Source of the DNA: Laetmonice hystrix
Taxonomy: Eukaryota
Assembly (NCBI GenBank): GCA_965235115.1
Contig: OZ249436.1
Location: forward strand, 41,046,001-41,110,000
DNA: 64,000 nucleotides
Reading direction: 5' to 3'
Shown: piece by piece, positions 49,601-62,739 of the stretch
How the letters are laid out: the number at the start of each line of letters is the position of its first letter
Position numbering within the stretch: position 1 is the stretch's first letter
Position numbers and translations under genes: made by a program
Notes under the pieces: model-generated
What the model was told of the DNA's origin: nothing
The model's input: the letters and a program-made list of their open reading frames with translations, nothing else
Databases searched by the model: none

Positions 49601-52600
49601 AAACACAGCTGTATTGAGTCAGATGGACGGTAAAAAGATCGCTTACCCCCTAACGACTTCAAGTTAATTTCCCAAACGCTACAAGTGCATTGTGTTACAC
49701 TAATGTGGTGACCCCCCCCCCCCCCCCCCCCAATAATTCCTCAGTTAGACTCGTGGTTTGTCTGACCTCCTTCCTGAGGAGATAGCGGACCGCGGCCACG
49801 TGGTTGTGTAGACAAGAGATGTGTAAGGGAGAGTTGCCGTCCTGGTCCACCACATGGAGATCCATTCCAAACATAGTTGACAGGTAGTGCAGCGACACAC
49901 TGTCAACGAAACGAAATCTACTTCCATTAGGCCTAGGTCGCTGTCGCTAGGCTCGAGCCTAAATTTAGAGGCAATTGCGTGCATAGGGTTAAAAGGGGAG
50001 ATATTAATATATGCGTAATTTACGATTGATTCTATACATTAAATGTAGAAAATTATCATTTATCTTATCAAAAATTCACCCCTTACATCTACAGCACCCC
50101 CCCCCCCTCCCAAAAAGGATAGCCTCAGGTTAAAATTGAGGGAGGCCCCGTCTTGTGGGACGAGATCCTTATCCCAATGCTTGGCTCCCTTAAAAATTCC
50201 TGAATGACGGAAATGGGTTCACAGTAGGCCTATGAATCTGCAAGGGTCAGTTCGACCGGGGGGCGGAATCCCTGGAACCCTTCCCCCTGGGTATATGGGC
50301 CTAAAGTGAGCCTTTAATTACGAACACTGTCAAGCTTGGCCTACAGTGATACGTTTGTGTGGGCCTATACTTACACGGACCCAGTCTCAGCAGCGTGGAT
50401 GACGACGCCGCGACCTCTGGTGTCCAGGACGTGAACCATGCCACCGTTCTGGAGCAGACGACGGAGGATGTCAGGTCGTCCTTGCCGACAGGCGAGATGT
50501 ACGGGCGTCACTCCATGCAAGTCCCGGGCGTTCGGGTCGGCACCATTCGCCAGCAGAATATCAACTGACTCTAACCGAGGTAATTTTACAGCTCGGTGGA
50601 GGAGGGACTCTCCAAGTCGATCTGGCATCGTAATATTATAAGGAATGAATAGGCATAGATATTGCCATCCTCCCCCGCTCGGGGTTGAACCGCTTCCAGT
50701 GATTCACCCCCTCCCGCTTGCCCGCCTAGCCTATTCTCAGAAATGCGTAGCTCGCAGCGCCATCTGTTTTCCACCTTCTACGGCACCCCGTAGACCAATC
50801 AGATTACAGCACTGCCTGAGGCGCGATTAATAAAAATTAGCCTGCATTTCTGGTTAGCCAATAGGAACGTCCCCGGCCCAGAGGCCGAGAGCGACAGCCA
50901 GCGCGAGCGCTAGCGACAACGGGCCGCGAGCAGGCCAGTCTAGGCCTAATGTTTGGATGCCAGCGCAAAGCGACGATGACAGGAAAACTGTATTGTTAGG
51001 GAGAGAGACATTTGTTTATCAGCGAACTGGGCAAGGCTATCAGGCATTTTTGCGAGAAGTAGGCTAAGCCTTCGGTGAGGACCGTTAGTGCGGGTGGAGC
51101 GACGATGACAGGTCCTATTAATATTCATAAGGTTGACCTCAGGGGCAACTTCTGCCCGGTTAGCCTGGGCTGGGCTTAAATTCATTTTTTCGATTTATGG
51201 CAGTCTTAGAAACATATGATTCGCATACCTTGGGCTCCCAGTAACATCATGTGAGGCTGTTATGGCCCAGCGACCAGTATTTAGTAAGGAAAATATGCCA
51301 AATCTCTCGCAAATACGTAGCTCAGAATTAGCGAGCGGCCCACAGGATATTTGAGTTGGCCGCGGTCGGGCGATGATGACGCGTGATCACGTGACTTCAC
51401 CTGACGCCACCCTATATGTTACATCACATGTATGCATTATATGTTATGTCACACGCCACATGACGTTAAACTATAGCGTGATGTTATACGTCACGTTACG
51501 TTATATCATGGGGGAAGCGAGGGTGCAGGGCACATGCCCTTTAGGGATCTCCATACTGCTGCTACAGTGTACAATGTACAGTGTAATAGAGTCCCTAGGA
51601 TAGAGACTAAGACTATGGGGTCTCTAGCTAGGTTGACATTTTCTTCCCATAATTTTAAATTTTATTATTTTTGGAAGAGGTATGAAAACGTCGACGTCGA
51701 CAGGAATTACAGAGTAGGGGGGGGGGGTCGTTTTCCTGCTTTAGCAGTTTAGAAGACTGGCTGCCGTGATTCGGGACACAGAAATTAATGTTACCTCTGG
51801 TCTGCTGTGAAATCGTCCATTCGTTAAGTAATTTGAGAATCAAATTAGCTGCCATAAAAGGGGGGAAAACTTCATATTCTTATATATTTGGAACCCCTTT
51901 ATTAAAATTTAAAAATAACTTCACCAAAGGGGGCGTCTTTCACACTCCCTGACCCCCTGGCAACGCCTATGGAAAATGTACCTAATATTACTACCTAATA
52001 TTATTGGGGGCCATGCCCCCCCCCCCGCTTTCCTACGCCACTCTTTACTTATACCTAGCTGTGTCTGGCAACTCGGAAGGAAGCTTGTGCAGAACACCAA
52101 CTTAACTGGATTCGGAACATTGAACAATGAGGTCACTCTCTGACACTGCGGACTACGCCTTAGCGAACTCAGCCGCGTCATTACAATTTACTTCTTTTTT
52201 AAACTTCCGGTTTGTATGGCAGAATATCTTTTGAAAATTCAATTTTTTTTAAATTAGATGTGTTTTCCCGTTTTCGCTATCCTCACCGAGCCTCGTAGAA
52301 ATATTAAAATTAAGCAGTGGGGGATCCAGGATTTTGATAAGGGGGCACCTAAAAGAAATTATGGCCCAAGAGTTATCTTGCTGCTGGACGACTGAGGAGG
52401 CTTTTTGGGCCCGATGTTACCACGTACAATATAGGAGGCTTTTTTAAAGTTAAGGGGGCCCCGGGCCCCCCTGGATCCCCCAGTGAAACCCCCAGGTAAA
52501 GCGAAACGCCTTTATACAAGCTGTTCTCTCATTAACATTATGTGGATTGGAATAATAAACGGAAGTTTATCAAGTAAGGAAACAAGTATGAGGTGCCAAC

Positions 52601-52718
52601 CTTGTTGTTTCAGTAGACCTGGCTGTTCGCTAATGTAGTCTTGTAAAAGATGAGGTGCGAGAGGGCATGACGTTATAGCACTGTCGTAGCCCCACATTCC
52701 GCTACTTCTGTTGTACAT
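43676..52718 (-). CDS. Ankyrin-repeat DHHC palmitoyltransferase (ZDHHC13/17/HIP14-related architecture), about 584 aa
   Basis: Exons 52718-52601, 50621-50375, 49899-49767, 47946-47762, 47271-47011, 46200-46118, about 45091-44999, 44777-44674, 44206-43676. Ankyrin motifs GESLLHRA, GVTPVHLAC, GNSPLHISC, GETPLEVS; DPG; CLNCE..PWTKHCKLCDACFAGMDHHCLYLGRCIAYRNH. Confidence 0.9.
46326..46965 (-). mobile_element. Kolobok-like non-autonomous DNA transposon, copy 2
   Basis: TTAA flanks; inverted homologue of 8136-8803. Confidence 0.8.
48195..49595. mobile_element. Non-autonomous element with CAGGGGCG termini and 5-bp TSD (hAT5-like), with a nested element at about 48312-49263
   Basis: ctaat|caggggcgccgctgcc ... 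ggcagcggcgcccctg|ctaat; inner ggcggatcca...tggatccgcc pair. Confidence 0.75.
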
Positions 52719-54609
52719 GGAGGGACCGACGTACAGAAAAACTCTGCAGTATACGAGGTGGACTCCTTATGTCAAGGTATCGGTTCATTATACAGCATTC
52801 CGTGACTTCAGTCCGAATAGAGAGAGGGAGAAAGGGTGAACGCGACGATACTCCTCATAATTATGCTTGGCCGAGGTTTAGAGATTTTTAAAGCATTGAG
52901 TTGATACGGTGGCCCATAAGGGACATTTAATTTTATTTTAGTACTTATTGTATTTTTTTCCACAGCGATGAGAAAATGTTTTTTTACGCGGAAATAAACT
53001 TTCCACCGCTAAAAAGTCTTTTCTCCGAGGAGAAAACTTTTCCCCTCGGTGTCCGCGGTGGAAAGTTTATTTCCGCGGAGAAAAGTTTAATTCCGCGGAG
53101 AAAAGTATAATTTCGCGAAAAAAAGTAAACCCCGAATCCAAACAAAATTACCTCCAGTGTCCCCCTTTAATACACCTCTCTGATTTGGTCATGCACTAAA
53201 TCCGAGTTCGCGGCTCCCAGAGTTCACTGCTTGCTACATGTTTGTGCAGTGTTTTTACATGCAGCTTTAGAGCCGCTTTCACTGAATGACGGCACATTAG
53301 AATCTTTCAAATCCTCGAATGGGTACACTCCACTATTTTTGGTAATACCACCGATAGCCTATACCATTGCTAAACATGCAACTTCATACACAGTCACAGT
53401 CTCTCGGTTTGGTGCATCGACCCTTCAAGTACTTTCAGGAAGTATTACATTGCGGAAAAAGACAAGGTAGTTTAGATTATTGATCGACTCAGGCTCACCG
53501 GTCTGAAGAACGTGAATGCGGGAAAGAGGTGAAGTCATGTCGCATTCGTAGCCTAAATAAATTGGGGGTCCTGAACTAGGCATATATTGTTAGTTACGGT
53601 AATGCAGATAGATATAAGTGCGAACTGCTAATATGTCATGCGTGTACTTTCTCCGTTTTCGAAATGACTACCGAATATATAGACCTCCAAATCAGAGGGT
53701 TGTGACTCTTCGAAACCAACGTTTATATTTGACTGGGTGAGACCAATTTGACATCCCCTGCGCGTGGAACTGAGCTAAGTTGCCGTTCTTCAGGCAATTA
53801 TCCTGAAAAGGACTGGTTTTTAAACGCAGGTTAGCCTACTCAGTCGCCATTTCTAGCAAATGACGCGACTGAAGATCATTGCTCAGAATATTAAAAGGGT
53901 TAGGTTTTGTCGACATAGTGTCAAAAGCCTGAATTGGATCTGATAAAGTATCCATGTGGAACGAACAACAATTAAGCAACATGGCGCTCAATCTGTAAAC
54001 ACCCAGCTACGAACCGATAAAATGAGTCTTCAATTACGGGCCTATACCGCCTTTTGGGTCAAATACAATTTACTAAAAATGTCCCCATCGCTACGCCAAT
54101 GTATACGCCTCATCAAAAGTCGACTACTATATTCAGCAGGGCCATAGGGTGGACATTTCCAGTTGCCTTCTCGTTTCTTTGTCCATAGTGTTTTAATGGC
54201 TGGTTCATATTCACAAAGCAACAAAACCAGAAGCTTTAACGTTTTTTTTCAATTACTATTATTTATTTAGTTCATACAATAATTATACGCTTGCTATATC
54301 AAAGAAAAGAGGATATATTAAGTGAGAGTTACTCTGCTTATACAGATTCCCGATTTTATCTGTATCCATGATCCAAAATGATAGATCATGATTACCACGA
54401 CATTACTGATAATCTCTCAGTCCTGATACTTCCATTGGGAGCCATAAAAATGACGCTTCTGCTGTACCTTATTGTACAGGCAAACCTTAGTCATTAATGG
54501 CTGCAAATTCAAAGGTTATAAAAACAGAATACTAGTATTCAAGAGATGTACCAAGCTAGGAGGTCCGGGGTTACACGTTAAGTCGGGATTGATCCTGAGG
54601 TTTGTTGGT

Positions 54610-57213
54610 TCACCGATGGCCTTTGGGATCCGGGTCACACGAGAATCTGTCTTCACGCACTGGGAATGAATTTTCCAGAGGAGCCTCGCCTGGGAACTGC
54701 AAGGTGAAGGACCCATCCATCACGCGATTACCATCCATTCTATTCTCTCGTCGGAAGAGCAGGCCCCTGGACAAACCCTCATCGTCATCTAAAGTGACTT
54801 TCCAATTAAAGACAATGAATCTACCCGAAGCCGGGCCGTTTGCTTCGCTAAAGTCAACTGATTGAAATCGAATAAAAAGGACCTTTCGCTTGAACTTGGA
54901 GCGAAGAAAGGTTGGGCAAAAGCCGTGGTCACGAAACGGGCAAAGCTCGATGATGAAGCTTCCAAAAAACACTTCCGCGCCAGCAGGTATGGTCCCTTGG
55001 AAAGTTCCAGTCGAATTAAATTCTGATCCGAAAATGACTTCCCATACAGCGAACTTGACGGGCAGATCCAGGAAATCAAACTTCGACGGCGTCGATGCGA
55101 AGTGGACGCGAAGCTGTTCCTCGGTGTCATAGACTTCAGTTTCTATAGTGGTGCCGCTTGGTCCATTCTCTGCCTCGGGGCTCAGAAGTTCGTCGTCGGT
55201 TAAAGTAAACGTAATGCCGTACCTTTCTGATATAAACGCCAGAGCATCTCTTCCTTCCTCGATCGTTTCACTCCTATTCAAGCCGGCACAGCTGTAATGG
55301 TCAACAATGCTGACGTTTGCAGGTACCAGGATGCCCGTTAACTTTAGGACCAATTTTAGGTCAAAGCAGAAGGTCCTGTCACATTTCTTGAATTCTTTCA
55401 TTAAACGGGTATGTTCCTCCATTTTTGCGGTGACGAGTCCACCAAGCAACAGAAGAGCGAAGCTGAGTATATGCCTGCAACATGAACACACAGAGTAGAG
55501 AATGGAAATTCGTGCACGCTTAATTTTAAAAGTGGAATGAAAATATTTAACATTGGTGTATTTGGGGGAGGGCATTGGAGCATGCCCCTATTTCTGGTCT
55601 TTGGTTTGTTCACATCTTGGCCTTTTTATTAGTCATAATAACTACTGAGATCGACTACCGATGTAATTCGGCCAAAAAGTCAAGACGATGGTTTCCGGTT
55701 TCCGAAAGCTTTCTTGTTTTTCTTGCTAAGGCTACCGTCTTATCTGCAGGTTGTTTGTTCTAACCTTTAGCATTATACCCTAGACATGCATTATTATATA
55801 CAGGACAAACAATTCTACACCCCACTTCAATTCTATTCAAGGGTGGATATGTTAATTGAACTTGACGCACCAAATTTCTAGTTTTTGAGATTCTACTCTG
55901 TTGAGATGACCGAGGACATGCATGCAATGATCGTGTTTGTCCCGTCGTGCACGGATAGAGGGGAACAGTCGTTTCAGGTCCAGTGGGTGTCCACGCTGAC
56001 CTCGGGACACTAAAAACCCCGCTGTATGGTTGGTTGGACACAGCTCGGCGGATATGGGGGCACACTATACCCGGGCAAACGCCGCCATTTCATAACGGGA
56101 AAACAATCGAGTTCGGCGTCCCAAGCTCTAGCAGCACACAAGAATCCAACAAGAAATTATATTAGAACCGAAGAACAAAGGTTATAGCCGTCCCTAACTG
56201 GAAAACTTCCCCGTAAGGACCTTCAAAGGGCTTTGAACTTTAATAGACCCTCGCGGAATTAGGCCCATCACAGGAATTATTAAGAAACAGTGAAAAAAGT
56301 TCAGAAAGCTCTTCCAAACTTGATTTTGTCGAATGTATGAAAAGCAATGTTTTCAGCTGTAGAAACCTCTTAGATTTGCCGAAATGTTTACAGAGCAAAT
56401 TTTTAAACGCGACGCTGATCATTAGGTGACCTTAGTGTGATGTGAACCATGATACAATTCTTGGCGAGTCAAAATATCTTCGTAACCCTTTTTAGGGTCA
56501 CGAACCAAGGGTTGTGGTCCACCGTATACCGCAAATGATAGGACGGTGGTATAGGTTTGATGAAAACTTAATTTATACGTTTTGGGGAATGGTACATGAT
56601 CCAGACCAACATACATGTATTAGGGAAGATCTACACCGACTTAGACTGTCCGGACAGCTGCGCCGGAAAGTGAAAAAGGAACCTTCTGTCCCTTTTTAGC
56701 AAGCACAACTACTAAATATAATGATATTGCAGCCATCATTGTCTCTTTCATCAAAATCCCTTAACATTTGTTCGAGTTATCGTCCAAAGAACCAATCAGG
56801 TACAGCGACTTAGCACAGCAGGCAAATATTGCTCACTTTCGAACTCGAACAATACAGTTTTGATGTCAGTCCATATTTTGACTTTCGTTGCATGGTTAAC
56901 ATTCCAGATTTGAACCACTTTCCCTTTAAAACCGAAATGTAAGCCCGAGAAATTGGGTGTCAACATATGTTAGGGGACTATCGTTGCATTCAGTCTGAAG
57001 GATGAAAATAGTTCCACATATAGGCCTACTAATGGTAGTAAAAAAGGGCTACAATTAATTGTATAGTCAATAATTCGTATAAACGAAGAAAGTTCTGATG
57101 TTCGCTTGACCCCTGCATATGGGCAGTCAATCTTTTGGGCGAGAGTGAGAAGAGAGAGATAATTAAGGGGGGAAAGAGAGAAGTACCTGTTATAATAAAG
57201 TTACTTACCACAT
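54610..57213 (-). CDS. Uncharacterised secreted protein, 289 aa
   Basis: 5-nt first coding exon accATGTG|gtaagt (57213-57209) joins the phase-2 acceptor ttgcag| at 55474, giving signal peptide MWHILSFALLLLGGLVTA; one long exon to the stop at 54610; N-glycosylation sequons NVS, NRS, NST. Confidence 0.8.
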
Positions 57214-58120
57214 GGTTACTTGTACAGGAGACCTGAAGACAGGAGGAGGCAGGAACAGACTGGGGTGTAATCCCCTGGAAGTGCTGGTGAGGTGTAAAAC
57301 TGTCTTCCGACCATACACCGGCGCGCTGATGGCCCCGAGTCAACTGTCCGAGGTCGATCACCCGAAACACAGGGGACACACAAACTGACTGCTCATGCAG
57401 GACCGGACAGGGGCATAGCCAGGATTTCGTGGGTGTGTATGCGAGGGGGCGGGGGCAAAATAAAACACGAAAAGTAACTTACATGCATCCAGCCAGTCAT
57501 TCATAATTTTACAACTTTGGCCTCCACAAGAAATATGTCTAATATATAGGCCTATCGATCGTCTCCTTTTTGTTCGGTTGTCGTGTGACTAGTGTGACTA
57601 TATGAATTAGATAGGGCCCTACACCTATAAGCCTAAGACTCCTCTACTGCTCACAGACTTCTCTAAGGTTGGCACGGTACTGAGGTCAAAGGTCATGAAG
57701 TGCTAAAAATAGCAAAATCCCGAGAAAATATCCACAGTTGTCTTTTCCCCAAATTAGGACTTTCTAGCCCCGGTAGTTTTTGGGCTGATGTCAAGTAAGC
57801 GCCCAACCACTTCGAAAATGTTGAAGGTCACACAGAGGTCATCTGGGGTCACACGAACGTGTCCTCCGGGAAATCTAAATTTGGCACTTAGATGACCCTG
57901 CTGACCAAATTTGATGTTATTCCAGCCAGTATTTTCCGAGTTATGGCTTTGGCCAAAAAATGGCACGTGCCATTTTTTTTAGATCAGCCGCCATCTTGAA
58001 AGTTCTAGGTCAACCAAACTGGTTTTCGAACTTGTCCAAGCCCCGGATGAAAGAAGGCCGACATACCAATTTTGGATCGATTCAGGCTATTTTTCTCGCG
58101 TTATCGTGATCACAGCACAA

Positions 58121-58201
58121 GGAGGGAGGGAGGGAGGGAGGGAGGGAGGGAGGGAGGGAGGGAGGGAGGGAGGGAGGGAGGGAGGGAGGGAGGGAGGGAG
58201 G

Positions 58202-58259
<58 letters not shown>

Positions 58260-58275
58260 AAGAAAGAAAGAAAGA
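58121..58275. repeat. (GGGA)n(GA)n(GAAA)n microsatellite
   Basis: Directly visible. Confidence 0.95.
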
Positions 58276-58795
58276 AAGCTCTCTGGGAAAAAGAGAAAAA
58301 TTGATGCCGATGGAGGTGACCCCCTTGCCCCCCCCCCCCCCCACCATCCACACAGGCATAGGGGCCGAAGTCCCAATTATCAAATTGTATGGGCACTGGT
58401 AGGTGGCTGTATAATACATTTTTAATGTAGTGCTTAAATAGGAAGACCTATAGGTTCATCTTTGACCCCTCATTATTTTTGGTAGGCCTACTGTCCTGTC
58501 ATGTAGGCCTATGCCTGGTCTACTTCGTAGTGGATGTTCAGGGACGGATCCATACAGGCGCATTTTGTGACCACTGGCAATTCACACCATTCAGCTATAA
58601 CCCGTGTCGTGGAAGGGGGGGGGGTACGATAAGGTAAATCTGGTTGCCTGACCGGTTTACGTGTAGGGTCCACCAACTGATGGCGTGAACCGGTCTGCAT
58701 GGGTCCACGCCTGGACGTCTATGGAAGGAGGGTGCCTGCTGTTCAGAGTGTGTCCCGAGACCTACTTCAGAAGTTCAGTTGAGGTATCAGCCGTA

Positions 58796-61353
58796 TATCG
58801 GGTGGATAAAAAAACGCCCCGAACTTTAAACTTCAATGTCTCAAAAAACGATTATTGTAATTCAATGAAATTTTTCTTAGTATCACTTCATGATGTTGTC
58901 TCTTAGTTGTTAATGTTACAACTCAATAGCTTGGATAATATTTCCGTGGCGCTAAAAACAAAAATCATTGTACAAAAGCGCAATGCCGGCCTAAAGCGAG
59001 TTGTAGTCGCACCCCGAGTCCCTGGCCTCACACTAGAGTAGGTGATCAATCGGTCCCCCGTTTTCACTTCATACTGCTTTCAGTCTCTTTTTCCATGAGC
59101 CAATGCACTTCCTGATCTCTGATAGGGAAAAATCTTCCCAACATTGGGGAATAGTATACGCAACGTTCTGAGCGTGTTTCTAAACGTGATAATGATACGA
59201 TTTCCCTTGAACTTCTGGTTACAGTCTATCGTCCTAATGTTGCAGTTTCTCTGTAGGGTTTGGCACAGTAAACATCTGGTTTTCTCTAGAAGTACTAGGA
59301 ATAGCACATAATTTATTATATCTAGTGGTCCACAACATTATACATATTGTAAAACATGCAAAAACTAAATATTGAAACATTTTTTACCCAAGGTACAACG
59401 CGGTGCATCAAACAGGTATCAAATTGGACACCTGGCAGCTGCATGATATTTGACCTAATTCCGGTGTAACACCCTCAAATCACTACCCCGCTCAAACCAC
59501 TACCGTAGTGTTTTGAGCGTAGGCTCAAACCACTACCGTAGTGGTTTGGGGATACGCCCAAAGCACTACTGTCACGTTCAAAGCACTACCCCTAGAAATC
59601 TCAAAACACTACCCACGCTCAAAACACTACCCCACCCAGGGGCGCCAATTCCTTTTGAAAGGGGGGATTCTGAAAGTGGAGTGGGGGGGGGGGTCCTGAA
59701 ACTTGTCTGACTTTTATTTTAATGTTTGCAGCGGGTGTTTGTGACAGAGGAATCAGGCAAAGTTAGGGGCTCTGACGCATAGTTCAGAAAAAGATTTTAG
59801 GACTAGACTAGACTAGATCTGTTGCACTTTGAGTGCAATTGTGAAGGTCAAAAATTACACTTCATGTCAAATAACAGAAACAAACTTTTTCTTTGGTGAA
59901 AAAGGGGGATTCCCCCCGGGCCGTGTGCGGGGGGGGGGGGGGGGGGTTCGGGGTGTCTGTAATTCCCCATTCACAAAAACTCTTGAAAATTATCACTTTT
60001 GACATGTCATATCAGACCTTATTTTGTGCTCTAAGAGTCGAGCGGGGCGAGACACCCCTTTCCGAGAAGACGCCCCCCCCCCCTGTGGGTGGGGCAAGAC
60101 GCATCCAGGGGGCCCCTTTGCAATTGTATTTGAAATATTTCATTTTTTAATGTTGTAAAAAGGATACAACCAAAGCTTACTTGCAATGGGTAGCTAAAAT
60201 ATGTAGGCCTATGTTTCTTTCCACACAAAAACTATACTCATTCTGATAACACGGGAGGGCCTGGTAATGCTTTGACCCTTAAAGGGGGCGTCTCGCCAAA
60301 TAACTTAAATTTCAAAATTTTCCAGAGGGAGCATGCCCCCCAGCATGGCTTCGTGCCTTTGGCGCTCACCCAGTTCCACGGCCTAAGTGTAAAAGTGTAA
60401 ACACCCCCCCCCCCCCCGGCTCAAAAAAACCTGCGCATGGCACTGCCCCCCCCCCCCCCCATAATTATTAGGCCGATAGGCGTTTGGTTTGCCGCGACGA
60501 GGGATTCCCACTTTCGGCCTACATGAATATAAACTAAAGACCGAAATCACCCCAGACAAATACCGAAATCTAATCTAAATACCGAAATCACCGTTCAGAA
60601 TTAGGCTGGATTTCGGTATTATCAATGTCTAGAAGAGTCAGGAAGAAGAAGGAAGAAGAAGAAGGAAGAAGAAGAACAAGAAAAAAAAGGAGGAGGAGAG
60701 AAAAGAGAAGTAGGCCTAGAAGGAGAAGAAGAAGGTTTTTGAACGAATCCTAAATTAAGCGAGGGTAGTGCTTTGGGAGTGGGTAGAGTGTTCTGAGCAT
60801 AACAGTAGTGTAACACCCTCAAATCACCACCCCACTCAAGAAGAAGGAGGAGGAGGAGGACGAAGAGGAGGAGGGGAAGGAGAAGGGGAAGAAGGAGAAG
60901 TAGAAGGTTTTTGAACGAATCCTGGGAGTTGTAGCTAAATTAAGCGAGGGTAGTGTTTTGGGAGTGGGTAAAGTGTTCTGAGCATAACAGTAGTGGTGTG
61001 GGCGTGGGCAGGGTAGTCATCTGAGCGTAGGCTGACTTACGCTCAAACCACTCTAGAGTAGTCTGAGTGTACGCCCAAAGCACTCTAGAGTAGGTTGGGC
61101 GTACGCTCAAACTACTACCATAGTGCTTTGAGGGTAGAGTGGTTTGGGCTTAGTACACCGGCATTGCGCTTTTAGACAATGATTTTTGGTTTTAGCGCCA
61201 CGGGATTAGTATCAAAGCTATTGAGCTGAAACATTAACATACCAGAGATAATATCATGAAGTAATAGTAAGAGAAATTTTATGGAATTATAATGCATAGT
61301 TTTTGAAATATTAAAGTTCGAAGTTCGGGGCGTTTTTTGTTATCCACCCGATA
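58796..61353 (-). mobile_element. Tc1/mariner-family deletion derivative, copy 2 (inverted), interrupted by a nested insertion
   Basis: 58796-59464 plus 61158-61353 is the near-identical reverse complement of 42230-43090. Confidence 0.88.
59465..61157. mobile_element. Ginger1-like non-autonomous element with CCGG TSD, containing further insertions
   Basis: ccgg|TGTA...TACA|ccgg; copy 1 of the host element has a single ccgg at this site; cactacc subterminal repeats. Confidence 0.75.
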
Positions 61354-62570
61354 TAGGCCTATATTATATAGGCCTATATGCCTAGTCTCTGGCCCAAATA
61401 CCCCCCCCCCCCCAAGTCCCAATTATCAAATTGTATGGGGTAGGCCTACTGGTGAGTGTAGCTCTATAGGCCTAATACATTTTTAATGTATAGGCCAAAA
61501 CAAGGAAGCAATTCACACCATTCAGCTTTAAAGCGAGGTTAAGTTAACCCGTGTCGTAGAGGGGCGGGAGGAGGTACGATAAGAAAAATCTGGTTGCCTG
61601 CCCGCAATGATGTGAACCGGTCTGGGTCCACGGACGGAAATTTAGGTGTGTCCCGAGACCTATAGCTACTTCAGAAGTTCACTCGAGGTATCAGCCGTAT
61701 AGGCCTATATTCAGAGCTTTTTCGAGGGGCCGTATATATACTAGTGTAACCCAAATAGGCCTACGTAGAGTGGAGTGCCCCCCGAGCAGGTGTCCATTCC
61801 AGTGTCAATGTTGGGTCGTAGTCTACGAACCCCCTTTTGGATGAATCCCCTTTCAAAATTACGACCCCCGGCCCTCAAAAGCAAAAAAAAAAAAAAAAAA
61901 AAAGGCAACGACTGCAACGATAGGCCTATTTCCCTCTGAATTTGTATCTGCTGTGGAGGGGGCGTCTTTCTAAAGTTTTGTTATTAACGATATCGCTAAG
62001 TTATTAGGCCTATAGAAGTGAATGGGATGCCACTAGTTGATATCCAGTTGGTCTGTCATTCACTCGTAGATGAATTCACTCCTAGATATGTAAATAAACG
62101 ATATCGTTAATAACCAGACCTTATAGTAAGACGAAGTTACGCCCCCTACTACTAGCGTATGTTGAGTTTTCCATCAATTTTCCGACCACGGAAACTTATT
62201 GGGGACATAATTAAACCCAAGAATTAGGCTCTAATGCATAATAGGCCTATTCCAAACTATATACTCTTGGACTGAGAGAAATACTTTAAAGCCAATTTAC
62301 TCTAAAATAGCTCTTCATTACCTATGCGACTGGGGCGCCACCAAGTGAAAGGGTCAGAAACTAATGTTGACCGGGATTTCCTGGTCGCACAGGTGTAAAC
62401 TGTTGCCATTTGACCTAGACCCAATTAGGATCGAAACGGGGGCCACACCCTGTTAAAATGTGTCATGATGCTACAGTAGAAGAATCCGACTTTGAAGAAA
62501 CTACGTAACTATAGATCAGATATCCGGCGGTAGCCGGTTTTAGGCCCACACATCCCGCACAACGCCTGCG

Positions 62571-62739
62571 ATGCCGGTGGCTGGTCAGTCGGCTGAGCAG
62601 GCGAGGGCCGCTGCCGCCGCCGCCGCCGACGCGGCAGTGGACGTGGTGGTTGTCGGGGCTGGGGTGTCGGGACTGACGGCGGCGTACCACCTGACCCGGC
62701 GGGACCCCAACCTTCGGGTCGTGGTCGTCGAGGCCAAAG
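62571..62739 (+). CDS. First coding exon of a flavin-containing amine oxidase (MAO-like), 3'-partial
   Basis: DVVVVGAGVSGLTAAYHL...VVVVEAK FAD-binding Rossmann motif followed by phase-1 donor G|GTAACC. Confidence 0.85.

Noticed and set aside
55475..55575. N-terminal 34 aa of the 321-aa ORF
   Set aside because: Better explained as intron upstream of the acceptor at 55474, which yields a canonical signal peptide.
58072..58425. Low-complexity ORFs in several frames (also 24140-24583)
   Set aside because: Translations of microsatellites.
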